Sequence record: OR228459.1
Length of the DNA stretch: 64,000 nt
Strand: one strand, 5' to 3'
Position numbers and translations under genes: made by a program. Of this stretch, positions 1 to 8,686 are shown one piece after another. The notes under the pieces were generated by a model. That model was not told where the DNA came from. It searched no databases and saw nothing but the letters and a program-made list of their open reading frames with translations. Each line of letters opens with the position of its first letter. The stretch's first letter is position 1.

Positions 1-2
1 AT

Positions 3-407
3 AATTCTGAATATGATCGTGCAGAAAAATTATTCAATGAATCATATGGGTGGTTATATAAGGCATGGCATAGTATTGATGGATATGAAGATTTACATCT
101 AATGTGGAATGGTACGTATCATGTTCCAATGTCAATGATTTGTAGCCATGTTAAAAAACTTGAAACTGTTCCACCACATATGGTTGAATACAGAAAGCGT
201 CTTATCTATGAATATCGTGACACCCGCGACACGCTACTAAAACGTTTACAACAGAAATGGGAACGTTATGCCGAGCAACCTTTCCAAATTCAGGAAGGTG
301 ATTTGGAAATGTATGAGAACTTAAAAGTATGGCATCAAGAACTTAAAAATGTACTCGTAGAGGGGGGCGTATACGATGAAACACTCGACTTGGATGAAGA
401 TTGCTAA
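3..407 (+). CDS. hypothetical protein, 5' end outside the window
   Basis: Frame is open from base 3 (NSEYDRAEKLF...) through the ORF-track start at 102 to the stop at 407. Confidence 0.7.
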   Translation, partial: NSEYDRAEKLFNESYGWLYKAWHSIDGYEDLHLMWNGTYHVPMSMICSHVKKLETVPPHMVEYRKRLIYEYRDTRDTLLKRLQQKWERYAEQPFQIQEGDLEMYENLKVWHQELKNVLVEGGVYDETLDLDEDC

Positions 408-849
408 AGATGTAGCTGATGAGAGTAAATGTATCTCTCATCACGTAGGAGCAGTAATTGTACAGAATGATCGCATTGTCAGTACTGGATACAATGGCAC
501 ACCAACGAAGCAGGTAAATTGTTGTGATGCAAATGCACATTTAGTACACAATGGTGAATTACAAAATTGGGTATCAGATGAAGCTAAAGTAGAACATCAT
601 AACTGGAGTCTAATGCATGAAATTCATGCTGAAATGAATGCATTGCTTTATAGTTCACCAAAAGACCGTATTGGTGCAACTCTTTACAGTACTCTTCAAC
701 CATGCTATACTTGTTCTCTATTGATTGCTGGAAGTGGCATTACGAAAGTAATCTACGAGAAAGAATATCCACGTACACCAGAACAAGCGATTAATGTTCT
801 ACGTAATGCTGGTATTCAAGTTCATAAATTATCAGATTTGGGAGAATAA
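376..849 (+). CDS. cd: dCMP deaminase
   Basis: VGAVIV..RIVSTGYNG, HAEMNA and PCYTCS zinc-deaminase motifs. Confidence 0.92.
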   Translation: MKHSTWMKIAKDVADESKCISHHVGAVIVQNDRIVSTGYNGTPTKQVNCCDANAHLVHNGELQNWVSDEAKVEHHNWSLMHEIHAEMNALLYSSPKDRIGATLYSTLQPCYTCSLLIAGSGITKVIYEKEYPRTPEQAINVLRNAGIQVHKLSDLGE

Positions 850-852
850 TAT

Positions 853-1128
853 ATGTATCTATTGTTTTCAGTACTTGTTATGATTGGAATATCTTTTGCT
901 ACATATATTATAATGAAAATTATCAATTATAGCGTAAATGTTGATATGAATGGTAATTCACGTAACTTTAAAGTTCGTTATAATCCATCAAACCATAAGT
1001 ACTACTTAACAAATGCATCACGCTTTGGTGATATTGATGTATGCAGATTTGGCCCATTCTTCCGTGTATATTACAAAAGTAAGATTGATGCTGATTTAGT
1101 AATGCAAAAATTAAATGATTATCAATAA
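853..1128 (+). CDS. hypothetical membrane-anchored protein
   Basis: GGAG SD upstream; N-terminal hydrophobic helix. Confidence 0.7.
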   Translation: MYLLFSVLVMIGISFATYIIMKIINYSVNVDMNGNSRNFKVRYNPSNHKYYLTNASRFGDIDVCRFGPFFRVYYKSKIDADLVMQKLNDYQ

Positions 1129-1152
1129 AAAGGAGGCCACTTGGCCTCCTTT
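1128..1152. terminator. bidirectional intrinsic terminator between convergent genes
   Basis: AAAGGAGGCC-ACTT-GGCCTCCTTT, with A-run and T-run flanks. Confidence 0.85.
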
Positions 1153-1260
1153 AATGTATACACTAATTAATTGGAAAAAATCTGTATTTCATTAATTATA
1201 TGTTTTTAGAGTAAATTAATATATGTAAAAATTCACCAATATATGAGTATTTTTTATATA

Positions 1261-1935
1261 TTATGATACGGTTACAGCAGCAATAGCTTGTTTTGCACCA
1301 TCAGTAGTTACTACAGTGATATTAGCAGTTCCGGTAGAGATGAATTTCACTAATCCGGTACTACTTATAGTAGCAACTTCAACATTATCCGATTCCCATG
1401 ATACTGATTTATCAGTTGCATTTTCTGGTAATATAGTAGCAACTAATTGTACATCAGGGTCACCGACTGCCCCAGAAACTGTACTTGGTTCAACTGAAAC
1501 ACTTTCAACATTCACAACGGTTGGTTCAGGTGGAACTGCTTCTGTGGTTTGTGCATTATAATCCACTATATCTACTTCTAAACCATTTGACAAAATGATT
1601 TTATGAGTGAAGAATTTGTATGCATAACCAAGTACATCACCAGATTCAAGATCATATACTTTCACGACATATTGATTCTTTCCAATAGATTGTTTAATTT
1701 CTTCCGCAGTAGCTGATAATGGTAGATCTTTGAAATTCTTATCTTTACTAACCATTTTCATGAAAGAATAGATTTTATCAGTTCCTTCATTAACTAGATC
1801 AAAAATACGGGTAGAACGTTCATTAATGATGAATAATTTATCATCAATTGGGTTTGCTTCATTATCTACTGCTGCAAATACATTAATGCCACCTACATTA
1901 AATGGCAATTCTCCAAATTTAGCGATAGGCTTCAT
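1261..1935 (-). CDS. Ig-like (Big_2) domain virion-surface protein
   Basis: C-terminal V.SVSV...L.ATILPENATDKSVSWESDNVEVATI...G.V...G.A.ITVVT.DG motif; start moved to MKPIAKF after AGGAG. Confidence 0.8.
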   Translation of the reverse strand: MKPIAKFGELPFNVGGINVFAAVDNEANPIDDKLFIINERSTRIFDLVNEGTDKIYSFMKMVSKDKNFKDLPLSATAEEIKQSIGKNQYVVKVYDLESGDVLGYAYKFFTHKIILSNGLEVDIVDYNAQTTEAVPPEPTVVNVESVSVEPSTVSGAVGDPDVQLVATILPENATDKSVSWESDNVEVATISSTGLVKFISTGTANITVVTTDGAKQAIAAVTVS

Positions 1936-1967
1936 TGGCTTTCTCCTATTATTAAAGTACTTTATAA

Positions 1968-1973
1968 TATTTA
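1968..1973 (-). promoter_or_regulatory. late promoter (TAAATA) for the Ig-like gene
   Basis: TAAATA about 33 nt upstream of the ATG; the same motif precedes the structural genes in this window. Confidence 0.6.
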
Positions 1974-1984
1974 CCAAAAAAGTC

Positions 1985-2013
1985 TTGACATATGGAACAA
2001 AACGTCATACAAT
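1985..2013 (+). promoter_or_regulatory. sigma70-type promoter
   Basis: TTGACA-17 bp-TACAAT. Confidence 0.8.
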
Positions 2014-2050
2014 GTACCTCATATCACGATAACCTCCCCTTGAAAAATCT

Positions 2051-2079
2051 TGGGACAAACTAAAAAAATGTGATATAAT
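2051..2079 (+). promoter_or_regulatory. GGGACA-class phage promoter
   Basis: TGGGACAAAC...TGTGATATAAT; one of six similar copies (16-bp spacer here). Confidence 0.7.
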
Positions 2080-2135
2080 AAAGATGTAGCCGATGATGTA
2101 GTCGGTGTTAAAATAGTAACTAAGGAGTACTTAGA

Positions 2136-3251
2136 ATGAAAGAAAAAGTCTATGTTTATATTGGTCGTTTTCAAATGACTCATGGTGGTCATGAAGCTGT
2201 CATTAAACATGCATCACAAAAAGCAGACCGTTTAGTATTGCTAGTGGGTTCTTCTGAACTAGCTCGTGATCCTAAAAATCCATTTACGTTTGAAGAACGT
2301 AAATCAGTGCTAGAAGCAATGTCACAACGTATCGTAAGTGAAGAGTGGTCTAAAGGTCGTTCTGTGAAAGTAGATATCCTACCAATTCATGACTATACTT
2401 ACAACAACACGAAATGGCTAAAGGAAGTACAAAACCAAGTACGTTCGGTTACTAACAGTACCGATATTACTCTTGCAGGTTGCCGTAAAAACGGTGATGA
2501 AAGTACATTCTATCTTGACTTCTTCCCACACTGGAAACAAGATTTTATTGAAGAAGTAACAAAAGTGAATCATGCGGTTCCAAAAGAATATCGCGAAATG
2601 GATTCTAAAGTAAATCCGAACCCTGCTATCAGCAGTACTGAATTACGCAATCAATTCTTCAGCACTAAGCAAGTACCAGTGAATCTTCCACCCGAAACTA
2701 CAGAGTTTCTAGAGAAGTTTAAAGTACGCAACGCAGACATTCTTGATAATCTAGTCAATGAGCACAACTTTGTAGTACGTTATCGTCAACAGATGAATGA
2801 ACAACTACCGTACACCAACATTCCATTTCTAACTGGTGATGCATTGGTTGTTTGTGCTGGACATGTATTACTAGTGAAGCGTCGTACTTATCCCGGTAAA
2901 GGTCTATGGGCGTTACCCGGTGGATTCTTTGATGCGTGGCAAGACCAAACTCAAGTAGATACTGCTCTACGTGAACTAAAAGAAGAAACAAAAATCGATG
3001 TTCGTTATAAAGAATTGAAAGGTTCAATTGATAAGGTAGAAGAGTTTGGCGACTTTAACCGTTCACTACGTTGGCGTATTATTACCAAGTGTGCTTATAT
3101 CAAACTCAATGGAAATAAACTACCAAAAGTTAAAGGTAGTGATGATGCTGAGAAAGCGTTTTGGGTTCCACTATCTGAAATTGCCAACAATCGTCACATG
3201 TTCTTTGAGGATCACCTAAGTATCATCGACACATTCCTTGGGATTCTATAA
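2136..3251 (+). CDS. natV: bifunctional NMN adenylyltransferase / ADP-ribose pyrophosphatase (NadM-Nudix)
   Basis: YIGRFQMTHGGH (HxGH), KNPFTFEER, ISST; C-terminal Nudix box GLWALPGGF..TALRELKEET and GSDDAEKAFW. Confidence 0.92.
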   Translation: MKEKVYVYIGRFQMTHGGHEAVIKHASQKADRLVLLVGSSELARDPKNPFTFEERKSVLEAMSQRIVSEEWSKGRSVKVDILPIHDYTYNNTKWLKEVQNQVRSVTNSTDITLAGCRKNGDESTFYLDFFPHWKQDFIEEVTKVNHAVPKEYREMDSKVNPNPAISSTELRNQFFSTKQVPVNLPPETTEFLEKFKVRNADILDNLVNEHNFVVRYRQQMNEQLPYTNIPFLTGDALVVCAGHVLLVKRRTYPGKGLWALPGGFFDAWQDQTQVDTALRELKEETKIDVRYKELKGSIDKVEEFGDFNRSLRWRIITKCAYIKLNGNKLPKVKGSDDAEKAFWVPLSEIANNRHMFFEDHLSIIDTFLGIL

Positions 3252-3793
3252 TGCTATATTGTCTCACGAGAGATGTATACAATGATTTGATGGCAATGCA
3301 AATGCATTTATCTGCCAAATACGATACAACGAACTGTAAATATCTTGACATTATCCCAAATAATGTTAGATTATGTAAAACGGAATCGTTAATCTTTAAA
3401 GCAGTTAGCAAACTGTACAGTAATGGTGATTACTATAATCACCATTTAATCATAAGGAACTGGTGTAGTACTATTCACCCGTTCACTAGTGATACAACTG
3501 ATATGCATTTTCAGTATCCAGAAAGTGATATTGGTTTTTGGGAATACACTTATGTTGCTCTTGGTGCTAAGAAAGTATTCATTAGTAATGCAATGTATTC
3601 CAAATATATTTCAGTTAATGGTGGAGTTCCATACTACCGGATAGACGATGGGCTATCGGAAAAAGAATATACATTAGCTGAGATAGCAGCGAGTAATCAA
3701 AAATTCAAATTGGATGCAGTTTTTCCTGCTGAACCAAATATGTTCTCAGAAACTAATCTTGAATATATGATTCCTTACTCACTTATAATCTGA
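3251..3793 (+). CDS. hypothetical protein between natV and nadV
   Basis: Translationally coupled (TAATG) 180-aa ORF. Confidence 0.75.
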   Translation: MLYCLTRDVYNDLMAMQMHLSAKYDTTNCKYLDIIPNNVRLCKTESLIFKAVSKLYSNGDYYNHHLIIRNWCSTIHPFTSDTTDMHFQYPESDIGFWEYTYVALGAKKVFISNAMYSKYISVNGGVPYYRIDDGLSEKEYTLAEIAASNQKFKLDAVFPAEPNMFSETNLEYMIPYSLII

Positions 3794-3839
3794 AAGGCGA
3801 AGTAGCTTTTCTTAACAACTTCCAAAGAGGTAATAAAAT

Positions 3840-5318
3840 ATGAAAAATCTAAATGTAAACTTCATCCTAAACGTAGATAGCTACAAAACCGCACATGGTA
3901 TGATGATGAAAGATGGTGTAATCGCACTAGAATCAAATATCATTGCACGTAAACCAACACCATACACTACTCACGTAGTAATGATGGGTCTACAAATCTA
4001 TCTACAAGAATACTTAGATATTACTATCACGGTAGATGATATCGATGAGGCTGAAGAAGAGACACATTCTCGTGGAGATTATTTCGACCGCCCATTCTGG
4101 GAACATATTGTAGAAGTGCATAAAGGTCGTGTACCACTACATATCCGTGCAATTCCTGAAGGTACAGTAGTACCAGTAGGGATGCCATTAGTACGCTCTA
4201 TGAGTACTGATCCAGCAGTTGTAGTTATTGCTAGCTATATTGAAACTCAACTTCAACGTGCAGTGCATTATCCTACAACCGTTGCAACCAATGCTCGTAG
4301 TATCAAATCCTTTTTAGCTGATACTATGGAACGTCATGCGGGCCATCGCAACGTTGACTATCATTTGCATAACTTTGGTGATCGTAGTGCTTCTAGCTAT
4401 GAATCCGCATGGTTAGCAGGTGTATCACACGCAGTAATGTTTAACGGTTCTGATTGTCTATTGGCAAATCGTTATATCAAACATTTCTATCACACTAAGA
4501 AAAATTATCTAAGCAGTGTAATGGCAACTGAGCATAGTGCAACCTGTTCAAACTCGGATGCAAACAAGCGTGATGATTTTAACATGGCCTTGAAAATGGT
4601 TCGTATTTGGGAAAAGATGTGTGATGATTATATTGCAAAAGGTTCAGTTGGTGTTCCACCAATCGTATCTATTGTAATTGATACTTATGATGCATATCGC
4701 TTTGTTCGTGAGTTTATCGGTACTCGTTTAAAATCAACTATCGAATCAATTGCTCGTAAATGTCCGGGTGCTAAACTAGTAATGCGTCCTGATAGTGGTG
4801 ACCCAACAACAATGCCAATCGAAATTCTAGAGATTCTAGCAGATAAGTTCGGTACTACTTTGAATGGAAAAGGTATGCGTGTACTACCACCATTTATTGG
4901 TGTAATTCAAGGTAATGGAATTATGGAAGAATCTATTCGTGACATTGTTTCGAACCTAGATAAACATAACCTATCACTTGAGAACATTGTGTTTGGTATG
5001 GGCGGTAAACTAGTACATCCACCAAAAGGCCGTGACCAATTCAGTTTTGCAATGAAAGGTTCTGCACAACAACTAGAAGATGGTACGTGGGAAGATCTAT
5101 TTAAAGACCCAATCACTGATGTAGGTAAACGTAGTCTTCGTGGTCGTGTAACTACTTTCAAATGTAAACAAAGTGGTAAAATTATGGCTGAACGTATCGA
5201 GCTAGCAGAAGTAAACCCTTTCTTAGAAGACATGATGGTTGATGTTTATAAGGATGGTGTAATTATGAACTTAAGTACTTTCGACGAAGTTCGTGAACGT
5301 GCTAACAAAGGTTTATAA
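3840..5318 (+). CDS. nadV: nicotinamide phosphoribosyltransferase (NAMPT)
   Basis: DSYKTAH, LHNFGDR, ATEHS, SIVIDTYD, MRPDSGDP, VIQGNG, FGMGG and KDPITDVGKRS motifs. Confidence 0.93.
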   Translation: MKNLNVNFILNVDSYKTAHGMMMKDGVIALESNIIARKPTPYTTHVVMMGLQIYLQEYLDITITVDDIDEAEEETHSRGDYFDRPFWEHIVEVHKGRVPLHIRAIPEGTVVPVGMPLVRSMSTDPAVVVIASYIETQLQRAVHYPTTVATNARSIKSFLADTMERHAGHRNVDYHLHNFGDRSASSYESAWLAGVSHAVMFNGSDCLLANRYIKHFYHTKKNYLSSVMATEHSATCSNSDANKRDDFNMALKMVRIWEKMCDDYIAKGSVGVPPIVSIVIDTYDAYRFVREFIGTRLKSTIESIARKCPGAKLVMRPDSGDPTTMPIEILEILADKFGTTLNGKGMRVLPPFIGVIQGNGIMEESIRDIVSNLDKHNLSLENIVFGMGGKLVHPPKGRDQFSFAMKGSAQQLEDGTWEDLFKDPITDVGKRSLRGRVTTFKCKQSGKIMAERIELAEVNPFLEDMMVDVYKDGVIMNLSTFDEVRERANKGL

Positions 5319-5324
5319 GTTATT

Positions 5325-5353
5325 GGGAGGCAAATTGCCTCCCCATTTTTTTT
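5325..5353 (+). terminator. intrinsic terminator
   Basis: GGGAGGCA-AAT-TGCCTCCC plus T-run. Confidence 0.85.
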
Positions 5354-5373
5354 AACTAATAAAAGGAAAAATA

Positions 5374-5796
5374 ATGTTGGATTTCCTTAAATGTCTTGAG
5401 CGTCAAAATTATTTGTACACTGAAATTCAAAAACAAACAACTACATATGATGACCGTCATCATTACTATACTCAATTATATGCACTAAAAAGGCAACAAG
5501 AATTTGTGAATGCTAAATTACCTTATAAATGTGGATTTGTTACTGCGAAGCGTAATACTGGTGATAGTGTATATTTTCAAGTTCAAGATGAATGGTACAA
5601 AATCGATACATCATTATTTTATCTAGAACGTTGTTATATAACAGATTACTATCAGTTTTGTGGAATTCTATATATTGTATACCAAGACGGCTCCGCTAGA
5701 AAGATTTACACGGTTGCGGCTGATATTGAAAAGATTGAAAATGATGCTTGCATTCCTGAGCAAGAAACTATATACTATTATTTCAATAGTAATTAG
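5374..5796 (+). CDS. hypothetical protein
   Basis: AAGGA SD; in the + strand gene run. Confidence 0.7.
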   Translation: MLDFLKCLERQNYLYTEIQKQTTTYDDRHHYYTQLYALKRQQEFVNAKLPYKCGFVTAKRNTGDSVYFQVQDEWYKIDTSLFYLERCYITDYYQFCGILYIVYQDGSARKIYTVAADIEKIENDACIPEQETIYYYFNSN

Positions 5797-5807
5797 AGGA
5801 TTAGAAA

Positions 5808-6047
5808 ATGGTAATTTCCCTGTCCGTAATATTCATGGTAATCTGGTGGTTTGGTGTTGGCCCGTTTCTTTTAGTACTTAATGCTATTGCACATAGCGAT
5901 ACTAACTTACTATTAGGTTATGCAAAGAAAGAACAGAAAAGTACTTTTAAGTTTCGCGTTTACCAAGTACTACACTGTATTGGTTATCTATCATGGGTGG
6001 TTGGTTTCATTTCCATATATCCACTCGTTTCACATTTTATGAAATAA
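5808..6047 (+). CDS. hypothetical membrane protein
   Basis: GAGG SD; two hydrophobic segments. Confidence 0.7.
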   Translation: MVISLSVIFMVIWWFGVGPFLLVLNAIAHSDTNLLLGYAKKEQKSTFKFRVYQVLHCIGYLSWVVGFISIYPLVSHFMK

Positions 6048-6056
6048 GGAATAACA

Positions 6057-6650
6057 ATGACTTGTATTATCGCATATACTAATGGGGAATCATCTTTCAT
6101 TGCTGGTGACAAACTAGGTTCTAACGGGTTTACTAAGTCCGTGATGGTTGAACCTAAAATCTTTGAAAAGAAATTCATCAAAGTACTTTCTGATGGTGTA
6201 CAACGTGAAGAACAAACAATCGCAATGGGTGGAACAACTTCTTTCCGTATGCTTCAACTTCTAGACCACAAATTGGTTCTACCAGTACAAGAAAAAGATA
6301 CAACAACCATTCAGTATTTGGTTCATCAGGTTATTCCTGAGATTCGTCGCCTCTTTAAAGAAGAATGGGGTTCTCGTGACAATACACAAGAAGTTGGTGG
6401 TGGGCAGTTCATTATTCTCCACAATCATGTGATTTATGAAGTTCAAGAAGACTTTTCAGTACTACAACCTAAAACTAATATTACATCTGTTGGTAGTGGT
6501 ACATATCATGCAATCGCTTCAATGCAAGCATTTTTGATTGCTGAAAAGGATAGTAAAGTAAAACTAATTGATCGTGTAACTGATGTATTTGAAATTGTAA
6601 GTGCTAACGTAACTAGTGTAAGTGCTGAATATGACATTTTCAAATATTGA
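6057..6650 (+). CDS. HslV/proteasome-beta-like Ntn hydrolase
   Basis: N-terminal (M)TCIIAY...IAGD..GS and SVGSG.YHA motifs. Confidence 0.6.
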   Translation: MTCIIAYTNGESSFIAGDKLGSNGFTKSVMVEPKIFEKKFIKVLSDGVQREEQTIAMGGTTSFRMLQLLDHKLVLPVQEKDTTTIQYLVHQVIPEIRRLFKEEWGSRDNTQEVGGGQFIILHNHVIYEVQEDFSVLQPKTNITSVGSGTYHAIASMQAFLIAEKDSKVKLIDRVTDVFEIVSANVTSVSAEYDIFKY

Positions 6651-6660
6651 TGATAGAAAT

Positions 6661-7059
6661 ATGCGTATACATTATTGGTTAAGATGGGCTTATGAAAGAA
6701 CGGAAATGGAAAAATCATTCCAGACACGTGCACAAGCAATTCATAAGTTAGTACATACCAATAAGGAAATTCATGATATTTTAATGGATTCAAAAACGCA
6801 TACAGTATCGTTTGATGTACTTGCTGGTGTTAGTCAGACAGCATCATTTGAAAGATATCTAACTATAATAGCTACGAGAAATTTCAAATATGAAATATCA
6901 TCTTCTGAGTTTTTTGAAGTTATGAAATTAAACAATAGAGGTACTTGGATTTTTTATTCCTTCAATGTACCCTGTGAAAACAGTAAACAAGAGTGTTTGC
7001 ACATTCTATCCAGTGATGGAGTTTACGTGTACCGGGGTGCACTAACCTTTGTCCAGTAA
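6661..7059 (+). CDS. hypothetical protein
   Basis: ORF; start moved to MRIHYW to avoid the overlap. Confidence 0.65.
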   Translation: MRIHYWLRWAYERTEMEKSFQTRAQAIHKLVHTNKEIHDILMDSKTHTVSFDVLAGVSQTASFERYLTIIATRNFKYEISSSEFFEVMKLNNRGTWIFYSFNVPCENSKQECLHILSSDGVYVYRGALTFVQ

Positions 7060-7062
7060 ATA
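7057..7062 (+). promoter_or_regulatory. possible late promoter (TAAATA)
   Basis: TAAATA about 30 nt upstream of the 2H gene. Confidence 0.5.
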
Positions 7063-7092
7063 CATATAGTTAACCAATTAAAGGAACACATT

Positions 7093-7539
7093 ATGTCAGG
7101 AAAAGGTTTTGTGGCATTGAAGTTAGATTCGGTGCAAGGAAAAGAAATTCAAAAAATATTTAAAACTGCTGGAATAAAATGCTTGACACCAGCAAAATTC
7201 CATGTTACCTTAGTATACGATGAGTCAGATCCAGAGATCGATCTTCCTTCCAACACTAAGGTATACAATGCGGAGATCGTCGGTGTCGAGCGATTGGGTA
7301 AGAAAGGATCGAAGTATGAAGCAATCGCTTTAATACTTCGTTCGCCAGAAATAGAGAAAAGACATAAAGAGTTGAAGAAGGCTGGTTTCAACCACAAACA
7401 TCCAAGTTTCAAATGTCACATGAGTGTAGTATACCAACCCGGTGAAACCGATGAAGACATTATAGATCTGATCTATAAACTTGGGGTACTTCCGAAAACT
7501 CTAAAATTTGGTAAGGAATATATGGGTACTACTAAGTGA
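7093..7539 (+). CDS. acb1: 2H phosphoesterase, T4 gp57B/Acb1-like (anti-CBASS)
   Basis: Two HxT/HxS motifs (FHVTLVY, CHMSVVY); GFVALK and ALILRSPEIEKRH resemble T4 57B as I recall it. Confidence 0.75.
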   Translation: MSGKGFVALKLDSVQGKEIQKIFKTAGIKCLTPAKFHVTLVYDESDPEIDLPSNTKVYNAEIVGVERLGKKGSKYEAIALILRSPEIEKRHKELKKAGFNHKHPSFKCHMSVVYQPGETDEDIIDLIYKLGVLPKTLKFGKEYMGTTK

Positions 7540-7547
7540 GGTAAAAG

Positions 7548-8309
7548 ATGGATTTACAAAAGTTTTTGGATAACGCAGGACAACGTAGAATTCTAGTTAT
7601 ATCTGGTGCTGGTCTTTCCGCAGAATCAGGGATAAGTACTTTCAGATATGACGAAGATGCTTTATGGGAAAACGTCAACGTTAACCACGTTTGTAATATA
7701 GCAAATCTCTCACAGTATTACCCAACCGTACATGCGTTTTACAACACATTGCGGGTAAATTTGAAAGACAAACAACCTAACGCTGCTCATCAATCAATTG
7801 CTGAATTAGAACAAAAGTACGGTGATGGGTTATTCTTACACATGACAACTAATGTTGATGATCTTTACGAAAGGGCTGGTGGTACTGCCATGCACTTGCA
7901 CGGAAATCTTCTAGAAGTCATTGAGAACTATTCACTTGCAGACAACGCATATACTGTTATAAATGTAGGTTATGAAGCCTATATTCCACAGGAAGGAGTT
8001 TATGCAAAACCAAATATCGTAATGTTTGGGGAATCCGAACGTTATGTAGATGGCAAACGCTTGCCACTATATGAAGATCGTAATAAAGTACTAGCATCCT
8101 TAACGGAGTTAGATACTGTTATTGTTGTAGGTTCTTCTGATACAGTAATCCAATGGTCTGCACTTGCTGGTACTTCACCTGCATATTCATACAACATCAA
8201 TATTCGCAAAAACGAATATGATTGGATGTTTACGGAGAAGATTTATGATCCAGCAAGTAAGGCTATCCCAAAATTAAAAGATACTATTTTACAAAGGATG
8301 GATTTATGA
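7548..8309 (+). CDS. Sir2/CobB-family NAD-dependent deacylase
   Basis: SGAGLSAESGISTFR, TTNVDDLYERAG, HLHG, KPNIVMFGE, VVGSS. Confidence 0.92.
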   Translation: MDLQKFLDNAGQRRILVISGAGLSAESGISTFRYDEDALWENVNVNHVCNIANLSQYYPTVHAFYNTLRVNLKDKQPNAAHQSIAELEQKYGDGLFLHMTTNVDDLYERAGGTAMHLHGNLLEVIENYSLADNAYTVINVGYEAYIPQEGVYAKPNIVMFGESERYVDGKRLPLYEDRNKVLASLTELDTVIVVGSSDTVIQWSALAGTSPAYSYNINIRKNEYDWMFTEKIYDPASKAIPKLKDTILQRMDL

Positions 8310-8674
8310 GCGAGATAGCAGCACAAACTTATGTATTGTACGGAACAGAGGTTGATGTTACTAAATTCGATAAGGAACGTTTTGAAAATTTCGAAGAGTA
8401 CATTGACCATGTTTATGACGTAATCAATAAAGAAAATTCACCATTTACTATGATTTATGATGAATTCAATAATAAACACTTTTTTGGTTATGTACTAGAT
8501 AGGGCCGAAGATACAAAATGGCAAACACAACATTTAAACACTGTTAGTTTTAAAAGTCTACAAAGCAAAATCACAATTGATGTACAAGAAGCACTAGACT
8601 GGATACTATTAGTTTATTTTGGAACCCGCTCACGCGATTGCAATGTAGATTTTTGGATCTTGTCAGTGTATTAA
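8306..8674 (+). CDS. hypothetical protein
   Basis: Coupled ORF (ATGA overlap). Confidence 0.7.
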   Translation: MSEIAAQTYVLYGTEVDVTKFDKERFENFEEYIDHVYDVINKENSPFTMIYDEFNNKHFFGYVLDRAEDTKWQTQHLNTVSFKSLQSKITIDVQEALDWILLVYFGTRSRDCNVDFWILSVY

Positions 8675-8686
8675 TAAGAAGGTATA

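Noticed and set aside
2136-5318. NARP1-type pathway (ADPR-PP synthetase + Namat)
   Set aside because: No PRPP-synthetase-like gene adjacent; the partner is an NMN adenylyltransferase, which fits the NadV/NatV type
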